In this document: positions 18,737 through 27,114 of the stretch, one piece after another
How the letters are laid out: every line of letters begins with the position of its first letter
How positions within the stretch are numbered: the first letter of the stretch is position 1
From: Ignicoccus pacificus DSM 13166
Lineage (GTDB): Archaea; Thermoproteota; Thermoprotei_A; Sulfolobales; Ignicoccaceae
Length of the DNA stretch: 32,000 bases
Reading direction: 5' to 3'
Assembly (NCBI GenBank): GCA_025340205.1
Contig: CP006868.1
Span: 1,320,001-1,352,000 of the forward strand
Position numbers and translations under genes: made by a program
The notes under the pieces: generated by a model
The model's input: only the letters and a program-made list of their open reading frames with translations
Database searches by the model: none
What the model was told of the DNA's origin: nothing

Positions 18737-19521
18737 TCCACCTCTCTATTTAGTAGGAGCTTCGCCTTTTCCAACGTCTTCTTGGGTACGCATGGCCTCG
18801 TGGGAATTATGGTCGGACACTCCGTCTTAGAGCTTGAAACTATTGGACAGAACCTCTCCTTGCTTATCCTCAGCGGCTTAGGTAAGGCCTCCACCAGGTT
18901 CCCGACGCCTTCCTCATATCTCGAGAGGACCACCTCGACCCCTCTCCTCGCCATTAAGGCTGCCATGAGCAAGAGCTCCTCTCCTTCTCCTAACACGTAA
19001 GCCCTTCCCTCCACTCCATAGGGAAGGCCTCCAACCCCTTCCAAAATGTCGTTCGAGGTGTACAAGTACACATCATTTCTTATTTCAACGTAAATGACGA
19101 GCTTGGGGGAGCTCAGGTTGGCCTCTCCCTCTATTTTGGATCCTATCAAGGCGGCGAGCTCGTTGCTCCTCATCGGATACCTCTTGTCGGCCCTCCTCAC
19201 CCTTACCGCGAACTGGTCCGCTTCTCTAATTATGAAAGAAATTGCCTGAGCCAGCTCCTCTGGAGGGAGCTTGGGGAGCCTCCAAGCGTAGGCTAGGTGG
19301 TGGACTCCCGGGACCCTCCTCAGGTTCTCCGGCGCCTTGCCGGTAATTACTATCCTTCCTTGCTCCATGAAAACCCTCGACCTAACGCCCCACCAAAAGA
19401 GCTTCTTCCTTATCTGCTCTTTTAAGAGGTTTTCCATTAGGGACCTCTTTCTCCCCTTGACCGCTATCTCGGAGTACGCTACCAGAGTGACGGCAGAGGG
19501 ACGCACTCTTGCTTCTTCCAT
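18709..19521 (-). CDS. ThiI-like THUMP-domain protein
   Basis: 270 aa. YSEIAVKGRKRSLMENLLKEQIRKKL; VRVRRADKRYPMRSNELAALIGSKI; LLLMAALMARRGVEVVL. Overlaps both neighbours. Confidence 0.7.
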   Translation of the reverse strand: MEEARVRPSAVTLVAYSEIAVKGRKRSLMENLLKEQIRKKLFWWGVRSRVFMEQGRIVITGKAPENLRRVPGVHHLAYAWRLPKLPPEELAQAISFIIREADQFAVRVRRADKRYPMRSNELAALIGSKIEGEANLSSPKLVIYVEIRNDVYLYTSNDILEGVGGLPYGVEGRAYVLGEGEELLLMAALMARRGVEVVLSRYEEGVGNLVEALPKPLRISKERFCPIVSSSKTECPTIIPTRPCVPKKTLEKAKLLLNREVEWEICGEGR

Positions 19522-19871
19522 TTCTTCATAACCAATCTGCAGGTAGCGCAGAGCATGCTACTTAGCTCCTCCGGTTCGGCGCTGTCCTCAGCTATCTTCT
19601 TCGCTATCATCCTTATCATCCTCTCCAGCTCAGGGTCTTGGAGGAGCTCCATAACCTTTTGAGACTTCCCTCTCCTCTCCTTTAAGTAATTGGTGACGCT
19701 TGATGCTGTGGTACCTATCTTCTTAGCTATTGTATAGTTGCTCAGCTTGTAATGCTCTCTCAAGTAGTAAACCACGGCGGCCCTTATCACCGGTACGACC
19801 TCGGTCGCCGCTATCTCACAGTGTGCCCTCAACAACACCCCGCGCTTCACCCTCTTAGTCAGATACAACAT
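19479..19871 (-). CDS. Small HTH transcriptional regulator-like protein with C-terminal Cys pair
   Basis: 130 aa. HTH-like YKLSNYTIAKKIGTTASSVTNYLKERRG; tail SMLCATCRLVMKKWKKQEC. Confidence 0.7.
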   Translation of the reverse strand: MLYLTKRVKRGVLLRAHCEIAATEVVPVIRAAVVYYLREHYKLSNYTIAKKIGTTASSVTNYLKERRGKSQKVMELLQDPELERMIRMIAKKIAEDSAEPEELSSMLCATCRLVMKKWKKQECVPLPSLW

Positions 19872-19918
19872 CTCTGTTCTTAACTAGACGCTTCGAGGCA
19901 CAAAGCGGTGAGGGTAAT

Positions 19919-20629
19919 ATGTCGTTTGGAGAAGAATGGACCCCCGAGGTAAGAGCCGGACTTAGAGAAGCGTTGGCCGACATGGTAAATCCTGTGGAGG
20001 TATTGATCTTCATAGGCGATGACTGTCCTTACTGCCAAGCCACCGTAGAGATGGTCCAAGTGATGAGTGAGGAGAGCCCCAAGAGGAATGGGAAGCCCTT
20101 GCTCACTTACAAGGTGTTCAGAAAGGGAGAGCACGACGACGTCTTTAGGGAGTACGGAGTGGACAGAGTTCCATCCGTGCTCCTCCTCGACGGCTACATA
20201 AGGTACACCGGAATTCCGGCTGGCGAAGAGATCAAGGGATTCGTGGAAACTATAATAAGGATCTCCGAGGGAGAGAGCGGTCTAGATCCGAGCACCAAGG
20301 AGAACATAACGAAGCTCAACGGATGCTTCTATTTGGAGAACGTGGTCACTCCCCAGTGCCCCTACTGTCCCTACGCCGCCCTCCTCATCAACATGTTCGC
20401 CTTCGAGGCCTACAAGCAGGGGAAGCCTTGCATAGTCGCTGATACGGTGGAGGCCTATGAAAACGAGGACATTGCAAACAAATACAACGTCATGAGCGTT
20501 CCGGCAATAGCTGTCAACGGGACTGTGGAGTTCGTGGGAGTGCCTTATGAGGAGGACTTGCTAGCAAAGCTCGTGGAGCACCAAGGCGAGAGGGAATGCA
20601 AGAGGGAGGTATGCTTTTCCAGACCTTAG
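19919..20629 (+). CDS. Protein disulfide oxidoreductase (PDO), two glutaredoxin-like units
   Basis: 236 aa with two CPYC motifs (DDCPYCQATVE and PQCPYCPYAA) and cis-Pro segments DRVPSVLLLDG and MSVPAIAVNG. Confidence 0.92.
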   Translation: MSFGEEWTPEVRAGLREALADMVNPVEVLIFIGDDCPYCQATVEMVQVMSEESPKRNGKPLLTYKVFRKGEHDDVFREYGVDRVPSVLLLDGYIRYTGIPAGEEIKGFVETIIRISEGESGLDPSTKENITKLNGCFYLENVVTPQCPYCPYAALLINMFAFEAYKQGKPCIVADTVEAYENEDIANKYNVMSVPAIAVNGTVEFVGVPYEEDLLAKLVEHQGERECKREVCFSRP

Positions 20630-21273
20630 CTTTAGTCGAGATCTCCGAGGAGTGCGACGGCTGTTCCAAATGCGTCGACCTTTGTCCCTTTGAGTCCCTT
20701 TCCTTGGAAAAGGGCAAGGCTAAGCAAGTGGGACCTTGTTTTCTATGCGGCGGATGTGAGGCCTTATGCCCTAAAGGAGCTATTGAGATTGTTCCCTTGA
20801 TTCAAGTAAGGGTAGCCAGCTCTTTAGGCGCCCTTCTGAATGAAAAGGCGGTGGGTCCCGTGGAGGACTGCGTCTTCTGCAAGATAATTAAGGGAGAGCT
20901 GCCGGCGAGGGTGGTATACGAGGACGAGGATATCATAGCCTTCTTGGACATAAACCCCGCCGCTCCAGGCCACACTCTGGTAGTTCCCAAGAAGCACTAC
21001 AAGAACATACTGGACGCCCCTGACGAGGTCGTGAGCAAGGTATTCTTGGTTGCCAAGAAAATAGGGAAGGCTGCAATTGAAGCTTTGGATGCAAAGGGAG
21101 TTAACGTGATAACCAATGCTGAGCCCGTCGCCGGTCAAATAGTGATGCACTTCCACGTCCACGTAATTCCCAGGTTCAAGGAAGATGAGCTGAAGTTCGT
21201 CTACGGCTACAAGTACAAGGAAGGGGAGGCTGACGAGGTGGCTAGGAAGCTCAAGGAGAAGCTTTCCTCCTAA
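20596..21273 (+). CDS. Fusion of 2[4Fe-4S] ferredoxin-like domain with HIT-family hydrolase
   Basis: 225 aa. N-terminal CDGCSKCVDLCP and CFLCGGCEALCP; C-terminal DCVFCKIIKGELPARVVYEDEDIIAFLDINPAAPGHTLVVPK with histidine triad HFHVHVIPR. Overlaps the PDO end by 34 nt. Confidence 0.85.
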   Translation: MQEGGMLFQTLALVEISEECDGCSKCVDLCPFESLSLEKGKAKQVGPCFLCGGCEALCPKGAIEIVPLIQVRVASSLGALLNEKAVGPVEDCVFCKIIKGELPARVVYEDEDIIAFLDINPAAPGHTLVVPKKHYKNILDAPDEVVSKVFLVAKKIGKAAIEALDAKGVNVITNAEPVAGQIVMHFHVHVIPRFKEDELKFVYGYKYKEGEADEVARKLKEKLSS

Positions 21274-21887
21274 AGCTTTTTGATGTTTATGTACCTCAAC
21301 TCCTTAATAGGTATACCAGTCCACTCTTCGCGAGCCTTTCCCTCCAAGTTAACCAATATCCTCTTCCTCGCCTTGTAGGACCTCGCCTTAACTTTCCCCC
21401 TCTTGACCTCTATCACCACGTCTGGAAACCAGAAGAGGCCCTCGGCCTTCCACAGCCTCCCCTTCCTCGAGAGCCTCCACGCAGGTAAACTGAAGCTTAA
21501 GGTCTTTCCGTCGAAGCTTATTGAAGTATCGAAGGATATCATTATATCGGGCACGCCTCCCATGGGGTGATATCCTTGAAACCACAAGAGGAACGACCTT
21601 TCTCCCTCTACGTAATAAGGCATTAGGGCGTTGCTCAACTTCTCGAGACTCCCTTCCAAACCCTTACTCCTCCATGAAGGTATTACCATCCCCTCTTCCT
21701 CGCTTATTCCGTTTTCTTCCAACTTCAGCGTCTTTACCTTCCTTACCCTCATCCCCTTCAATAGTTCCATTAAAGCTCTCAGCTCCAAGATCCTCGGTCC
21801 CTCGAAGCTCCCTAGAACGAGTACGTCCAGCTTCTCTAGCAAGTCCTCGTACTCCCTCTCCAACTCCTCCGGAAGACCTAGGAGCAT
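21270..21887 (-). CDS. Hypothetical protein, possible PD-(D/E)xK nuclease-like
   Basis: 205 aa, ATG at 21887 behind GGGGAGGAGG. Contains FPDVVIEVKRGKVKARSYKARKR, reminiscent of PD...ExK. Confidence 0.6.
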   Translation of the reverse strand: MLLGLPEELEREYEDLLEKLDVLVLGSFEGPRILELRALMELLKGMRVRKVKTLKLEENGISEEEGMVIPSWRSKGLEGSLEKLSNALMPYYVEGERSFLLWFQGYHPMGGVPDIMISFDTSISFDGKTLSFSLPAWRLSRKGRLWKAEGLFWFPDVVIEVKRGKVKARSYKARKRILVNLEGKAREEWTGIPIKELRYINIKKL

Positions 21888-22143
21888 GGACCTCCTCCCC
21901 TATCGCCCTCTTGAGGAGCTCTATCCTGGAGTACAGTATGAGGGCCCTCATTTTTAAGCTGAAGGCTATCCAGCCCATAAAGGCCAGTATCATACCGGAC
22001 CAAAAGGCCAAGGCGGAAAACGTTGAGGCAAGGGGGGATAAGGCCATTAATATAAGCCCCGTCATAAAGAATGTCAGCTCCAGCCTTACCTCTCTCAGCA
22101 CCTCCCTACGCAAGGCCCTCCATCTCCACTTTTTGTGTCGCAA
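21888..22143 (-). CDS. Small two-TM membrane protein; start (TTG 22143 or GTG 22101) and stop uncertain
   Basis: Within track ORF 21664..22395: RREVLREVRLELTFFMTGLILMALSPLASTFSALAFWSGMILAFMGWIAFSLKMRALILYSRIELLKRAIG. The frame stays open past 21888 into the downstream gene, out of frame with it. Confidence 0.45.
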
Positions 22144-22195
22144 ATCGCTGATTCTCCTTAATAGTTTCCTCGATCCTAAAATCTCTGGAATCGGA

Positions 22196-22486
22196 ATGAT
22201 GGCGCGGGTGGTGGTGGCCGACGGGAAGAAGAGGATACTGGGACCGGAGAACTTGAAGAAATACATGGAGATGCTCGTAAGGGCTAGTGGCCTCGAGGCC
22301 GTCAGGATACTGGAGAAGCTCGGCTGCAGGATACTGAGCGTTGACATAAGAGAGAACGGTCTGGACGTGAAGCTCGAATGTGGTCCCTCCACCAAAGCTG
22401 TTTTAGTTAACTGTGAGGATTCAATTTGTTATATGATGGAAGCAGATCTCCTGTTTGCTGCTTCAAAAGGGGCGGAGATACGCTAG
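22196..22486 (+). CDS. 96-aa hypothetical protein immediately upstream of cdvA
   Basis: MMARVVVADGKKRILGPENLKKYMEMLVRASGLEAVRILEKLGCRILSVDIRENGLDVKLECGPSTKAVLVNCEDSICYMMEADLLFAASKGAEIR. Protein-like composition only from 22196; the upstream part of track ORF 21521..22486 is Ser/Leu/Pro noise. Confidence 0.6.
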   Translation: MMARVVVADGKKRILGPENLKKYMEMLVRASGLEAVRILEKLGCRILSVDIRENGLDVKLECGPSTKAVLVNCEDSICYMMEADLLFAASKGAEIR

Positions 22487-22506
22487 TATCACCAACGGGG
22501 ACTCGG

Positions 22507-23193
22507 ATGGAAGTGAGTTTCGTGGAGCAATACGTTGGTGAGCCGGTTAAGGATCCTTTCGGTAGGGTTGTTGGAACTCTCGTGAGCGTTTACTCCAACG
22601 TGGACGGAGAGGTCGAGGCTGTGGAAATAGCCCTCGGCGGAAACAGGTTCCAGAAGATCGGAGCTGAGAGGTTGGGTAAGAAGGGAGAGGAGCTGGTGAT
22701 ACTCCCCGAGTGGATGGCTGAGGCCAAGAGCATATACAAGAAGATGGACACCGCTCTGAGGAGGATCAAGGCCCTAGAGACAATGATGAGTACTGGTGAC
22801 TTCAACAAGGAGATTGTAAACGAGATGAAGAAGAAGATGGAGCAGCAGGCTAACAAGCTAAGGGGCAAGCTGGGAGAGGTCAAGAGGTTACTCAAGGACA
22901 GGGTAGCCGAGCTAGAGGATCAGATACTGGAGATGGACAGAGCGCTAATCAACCTACAGATGAGCTACATGGCCGGAGAGATCAGCGACAGAAGGTATCA
23001 GCAGGCCGCCAGTGCGATAAGGCACCAGAAGGAGATAGCCTACGAGGAGAAGAAGGCTGTGAAGGAGTGGATAGAGAAGCTCGAGAGATTAGAAAAGCCC
23101 GTGGAGGAGCAAGAGAGCGCTACTCCGGCTCAGAGCAGCGCCAGCACTCCTCAGCAGACCCACGTGCCTCTGATGCTGGAGCTGAGCGACTAA
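22507..23193 (+). CDS. cdvA: Cell division protein CdvA
   Basis: FVEQYVGEPVKDPFGRVVGTLVSVYSN... (PRC-barrel-like) followed by coiled coil. Start refined from TTG 22426 (track) to ATG 22507. Confidence 0.9.
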   Translation: MEVSFVEQYVGEPVKDPFGRVVGTLVSVYSNVDGEVEAVEIALGGNRFQKIGAERLGKKGEELVILPEWMAEAKSIYKKMDTALRRIKALETMMSTGDFNKEIVNEMKKKMEQQANKLRGKLGEVKRLLKDRVAELEDQILEMDRALINLQMSYMAGEISDRRYQQAASAIRHQKEIAYEEKKAVKEWIEKLERLEKPVEEQESATPAQSSASTPQQTHVPLMLELSD

Positions 23194-23246
23194 GCTCTTT
23201 CTTCTATAGAGATTAGGTCCTAACGATTGAGGAGGTGTGAAAAACA

Positions 23247-24041
23247 ATGGTATTTTGGCTATTCTTTAGAAAAAAGAACAAGAAGGTCAAGAAGTCCTTA
23301 AAGGACGCTTACCTTGACAACATATTCGAGATAAGGGAGCAATTAGAGGCTCTAGAAGTTCAGATACAGAGGCTCGAGAAGAGGAAGAAGGAGCTGGAGA
23401 AGGATTACATAAAGTCGGTAAGGAAGGGAGAGAAGGAAAAGGCCGCTATGATAGAGCAAGAGATAAAGAGCTTAACTACCAAAATAAGGTCCCTAAAACA
23501 CACTAGGAACGTCTTGGAGGTCGAGCTGAAGAAGCTCGAGCACACCGACGACTACATGGTAGCCGTAACGTCTATGAACAGGATAGCTGAGGCGTTAAAG
23601 AACAACGTGGACATAATGGACAGGGCGTTAAAGCCTCACGCCCTCAAGGTGATAAACAACCTGGAGAACACGATGATAAGGATGAAGAGTGCGGACCTAC
23701 CCACTCCCTCCGCGACCGCTGTGATAAACACCATATTGGAGAAGCCGACCAGCGATTACGCCTTACCGAGCGTGGAGAGCTTGGAGCTCTCCCAGCCCGC
23801 TCCTCAGTCCATTGCTATGGCTGATGGCGGAATTGTTAAATACAAGACCGAGGACCTGGCGGAGAAGGTCTACCAAGTCATTCAGATCTACGTGAAGTTC
23901 GGAAGGGCTAACCAGCTTTCGGTCAAGAGGATAGCGCAACACCTCGGTGTTACTGAGGCCGAGGTAAGGAAGGCCCTGGAGGTGCTAGAGAAACAAGGGA
24001 AGATCAAGATAAGGAGGGGTAAGAGGGTTGGGGAAGCTTGA
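23247..24041 (+). CDS. cdvB: Cell division protein CdvB (ESCRT-III homologue) with C-terminal winged-helix
   Basis: 264 aa. ESCRT-III-like helices (EIREQLEALEVQIQRLEKRKKELEKDYIKSVRKGEKEKAAMIEQEI) and wHTH (LSVKRIAQHLGVTEAEVRKALEVLEKQGKIKI), located between cdvA and cdvC. Confidence 0.93.
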   Translation: MVFWLFFRKKNKKVKKSLKDAYLDNIFEIREQLEALEVQIQRLEKRKKELEKDYIKSVRKGEKEKAAMIEQEIKSLTTKIRSLKHTRNVLEVELKKLEHTDDYMVAVTSMNRIAEALKNNVDIMDRALKPHALKVINNLENTMIRMKSADLPTPSATAVINTILEKPTSDYALPSVESLELSQPAPQSIAMADGGIVKYKTEDLAEKVYQVIQIYVKFGRANQLSVKRIAQHLGVTEAEVRKALEVLEKQGKIKIRRGKRVGEA

Positions 24042-25128
24042 ACAACTGGCTCAACTTCACATTCAAAGAGCCATTGAGCTGGAGAAGCAAGGGAAGAAGG
24101 ACGAAGCGTTGAAGAACTACAAGACGGCTGTGTCGATGATAGAGAAGATACTGGAGCTGTACCCAGACCATATGATGAGGAAAGCGTACATAGAGTCCCT
24201 TGCCAGCATAAAGATGAGGATAAAGATGCTCGAAGGAGAAATGATGGCAGAGCCCGTCGGGACAGATACCGTGGAGGAGGTGGAGATAAGACAGAGGCCT
24301 AAGGTGAGCTTCTCCGACATAGCCGGTCTGGAGGAGGCGAAGAGGGCCATAGAGGAGGCGATAGTGTATCCGATGAAGAGGCCAGACCTATTCCCCTTGG
24401 GATGGCCTAGGGGGATACTGCTCTTCGGACCCCCCGGCTGCGGAAAGACCATGCTGGCTGCCGCAGTCGCCTCGGAGATAGATGGAGAGTTCATGTACGT
24501 AGACGCTGCGAGCATAATGAGCAAGTGGTTGGGTGAGGCCGAGAGGAACGTGGCTAAGATATTCCAAAAGGCTAGGGAGTTATCTATGGATGGTAAGCCG
24601 GTAATAATATTCATAGATGAAGTGGACTCCTTGTTGGGAACTTACTCGAACGAGGTGGGAGGAGAGATTAGGGCTAGAAACCAGTTCCTAAAGGAAATGG
24701 ACGGTCTCCAAGACAAGGGAGAGAACTACAAGGTATACGTAATAGCTGCCACCAACAAGCCTTGGAAGCTGGACGAGGGCTTCATAAGGAGGTTCGATAA
24801 GAGAATTTACATTCCTCCGCCGGACGAGGAGGTTAGGAAGGAGCTGCTGAGGAAGACCTTAGAGAAGCTAAAGTACGACGAAACAGTTGATATAGAGAAG
24901 CTGGCGAAGCTGACCGCCGGCTACTCGGCCGCCGACATAGTTGCCATAGTAAGAGATGCCCATATGAGGACCGTTAGGGAGCTCTTCGAGAAGTACGGAG
25001 GAAGCGGGGATCCCAGGCCGGTTAGCATGGATGATCTGCTCTGGGCGATCAAGAGGAGGAAGCCCAGCATAAGACCGGAGATGCTGAAGCTGTACGAGCA
25101 GTGGGCCGAAAAGCACGGGGCCCTCTGA
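24028..25128 (+). CDS. cdvC: Cell division protein CdvC (Vps4-like AAA ATPase with MIT domain)
   Basis: MIT-like N-terminus (HIQRAIELEKQGKKDEALKNYKTAVSMIEKI), Walker A LFGPPGCGKTM, Walker B IIFIDEVDSL. Overlaps cdvB by 14 nt. Confidence 0.97.
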   Translation: MGKLEQLAQLHIQRAIELEKQGKKDEALKNYKTAVSMIEKILELYPDHMMRKAYIESLASIKMRIKMLEGEMMAEPVGTDTVEEVEIRQRPKVSFSDIAGLEEAKRAIEEAIVYPMKRPDLFPLGWPRGILLFGPPGCGKTMLAAAVASEIDGEFMYVDAASIMSKWLGEAERNVAKIFQKARELSMDGKPVIIFIDEVDSLLGTYSNEVGGEIRARNQFLKEMDGLQDKGENYKVYVIAATNKPWKLDEGFIRRFDKRIYIPPPDEEVRKELLRKTLEKLKYDETVDIEKLAKLTAGYSAADIVAIVRDAHMRTVRELFEKYGGSGDPRPVSMDDLLWAIKRRKPSIRPEMLKLYEQWAEKHGAL

Positions 25129-26724
25129 TCACTCTATCTCTATTACTACCTCCGGAAGCTCCTCCTTGGGTATTCCGAGCTTCTTGGCTATTATCTCCTT
25201 GAGCTTCTCTTCCAAGCTCCTCTCGTCGTACTTCTTCTTCTTGGTCTCCGGGTCTATCGAGAGCACCGATAGGCTTCTAGCCACTTCTGGCACATACTTC
25301 ATGAATGTAATTACCTTCTTCTGGAGCTCCTCCTCCTTCTCCTTCTTAGTCAAGTACCTCTTGAGCTTCCTCGCCACCTCCTGCACGGCTAACCTTATCT
25401 CCCTCTCTATTTCTGGTACTTCCATCACACTCTCCTTACCAACTCCCTTGTAAGGGACCTTAGTGCTGGCTATGTGAACGAGAACTACCAATGGCGCCGG
25501 GAAGCTGACCTTGTAGTTGCTCCAGTCTATGGTCTCTCCCACCACCTTCCAAGCTACGTCGCTCTTCTCATCATACAGCAATGGAATCTTGTTGGCGTAT
25601 CTGTAGAGGACCGGCTGGTCTGCCGGGGGAATTTCTCCTCCGTAGGCTATCCCCACCTCCACGATGAAGGGATGGCCTCCGTAAGCGGAGGGCCTTCTCG
25701 TGACCGCCTCCACGAACTCAGGCTTCAGAACGCTCTTCAGACCTATCTTGATCAGCTCCGCCCCTATTGGAGATAGGGGCTCGGGGCTCGGGGGCCTGAA
25801 CTTCTCATAGCTGTGGAAGGCGTCTACCAACGCCTTGAGCTGGTCGTCGGTGAGCGTCTTAGGGTTCAAGTCTGGCTCAAGACCGGCTCTCTTAAGGAGT
25901 ACTGAAGCGGTCTTGGGGCCTATGCTCTGGAACTCAGTTATTAGCAGTTGCTTCAGAGTCTTCGCTTTGCTTTTGTCTATAATCTGCCTCAGCGCCTCTA
26001 TGTCTATTCCCTTTGGGTGAGGCTTCGCCTCCTTAGGGGGCTCCGGCATCTCGTAGGTCTTCCTAGGATATCGAACCAGTATTCCCTCTGGGGTAATTAT
26101 CGTTATGTCGGCGTATGGAGCTATAATGGCTGTCCTTTTTATGTACTCCAATATCTTTGTCCTAGCCCTTCTCCAGTCTCCTACAAGTTCTATGCTCACT
26201 CTAGTTCCGTGCCAGTCCCCGCTCTTAGGCCATTCACCCTTTTCCGGGACCTCCGGCTCGTTCGTCTTTACGTTAACCTTAACCTTGAACCTGTAGGTAA
26301 ACTTACTTCCCCTAGGAGAGGTTATTACCAAGGTAGGCTTTCCCACGGTCATCTGTCCGTAGAGGACGGCCATCTTTACTCCTAGGCCGTACATTCCCCT
26401 AGTTTGTCTGGCCACATACTTGGAGCTGTAGAGGACCCTTCCAAAGGCGTAAGGAGCCTTGTCAGGGGGAATTCCTATTCCATTATCATCCACGGTCACT
26501 CGATAGATGTTCTTGTCCGGATCCACTGCCTCCACTTGTACCACTATCTTCGGCGGTATCTTGTGGACCTCCGTGGCATCCAAGGAGTTCTCTACGAGCT
26601 CCCTCACGGTCTGGTAGATCGCTCTGGTAGGATTGCCGAAGCCCGCTATCTCCTTGTTCCTGTAGAAGAACTCCGCTGCGCCCATCCCTCTGTACTGCTC
26701 AGCTCTGACCACAGCCTGAGCCAC
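25129..26724 (-). CDS. top6B: DNA topoisomerase VI subunit B
   Basis: 531 aa. GHKL motifs RELVENSLDA, DNGIGIPP, GMYGLGVKMAVLYGQ; H2TH and C-terminal transducer segments. Confidence 0.97.
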   Translation of the reverse strand: MAQAVVRAEQYRGMGAAEFFYRNKEIAGFGNPTRAIYQTVRELVENSLDATEVHKIPPKIVVQVEAVDPDKNIYRVTVDDNGIGIPPDKAPYAFGRVLYSSKYVARQTRGMYGLGVKMAVLYGQMTVGKPTLVITSPRGSKFTYRFKVKVNVKTNEPEVPEKGEWPKSGDWHGTRVSIELVGDWRRARTKILEYIKRTAIIAPYADITIITPEGILVRYPRKTYEMPEPPKEAKPHPKGIDIEALRQIIDKSKAKTLKQLLITEFQSIGPKTASVLLKRAGLEPDLNPKTLTDDQLKALVDAFHSYEKFRPPSPEPLSPIGAELIKIGLKSVLKPEFVEAVTRRPSAYGGHPFIVEVGIAYGGEIPPADQPVLYRYANKIPLLYDEKSDVAWKVVGETIDWSNYKVSFPAPLVVLVHIASTKVPYKGVGKESVMEVPEIEREIRLAVQEVARKLKRYLTKKEKEEELQKKVITFMKYVPEVARSLSVLSIDPETKKKKYDERSLEEKLKEIIAKKLGIPKEELPEVVIEIE

Positions 26725-26781
26725 TCGTTAGCACCCGGGGAACTAGCCCAAACGAGTCTAAAAGTAGCCTCAGGTGAGGAG

Positions 26782-26904
26782 GTGACTAGCAAGGTAAAGC
26801 TAAAGGAAAACGAGGGACGTGCTAGAGCCGGTATCGATCCCTTATCCTTCATGTTCTATGTAAAGGGGAGTCAGAAAAGCTCGGTCCCTCTGCCAACTCG
26901 ATGA
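26782..26904 (+). CDS. Candidate 40-aa micro-ORF
   Basis: GTG start overlapping a GAGGAGGTG Shine-Dalgarno-like stretch. VTSKVKLKENEGRARAGIDPLSFMFYVKGSQKSSVPLPTR; stop TGA overlaps the next ATG (ATGA). Confidence 0.4.
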   Translation: MTSKVKLKENEGRARAGIDPLSFMFYVKGSQKSSVPLPTR

Positions 26905-27074
26905 GGGGCATATGGGTTGTAATAGCGATACTCTTCGAGCTCTTGACTCTGCTCTCTCTAGCTCTGCTCAAGTTCATGGTTGACTTCATTAATGCGTTAT
27001 TGAAGGCAATTAAAGCTATAGTGGGAGCGATGTTAAAGCCGTTTAAGGTAATGGTGAGTTTGGCTAAGAGATGA
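26901..27074 (+). CDS. Candidate 57-aa small membrane protein
   Basis: MRGIWVVIAILFELLTLLSLALLKFMVDFINALLKAIKAIVGAMLKPFKVMVSLAKR; one strong hydrophobic helix plus an amphipathic helix. Confidence 0.5.
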   Translation: MRGIWVVIAILFELLTLLSLALLKFMVDFINALLKAIKAIVGAMLKPFKVMVSLAKR

Positions 27075-27114
27075 GCATATACCTCCTCTCTATTCGTTCG
27101 ACTAGGGTAAGGGG

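Noticed and set aside
21521-22195. N-terminal two-thirds of track ORF 21521..22486
   Set aside because: Low-complexity Ser/Pro/Leu translation antisense to two minus-strand genes; only the part from 22196 is protein-like.
22197-22395. Upstream part of minus ORF 21664..22395
   Set aside because: Antisense to the 96-aa ORF; composition (SSFTSRPFSLMSTLSILQPSFSS) is typical of a shadow frame.
22426-22506. Track start of cdvA (TTG 22426)
   Set aside because: Leader LLYDGSRSPVCCFKRGGDTLVSPTGTR overlaps the upstream gene and does not resemble CdvA; ATG 22507 fits the family N-terminus better.
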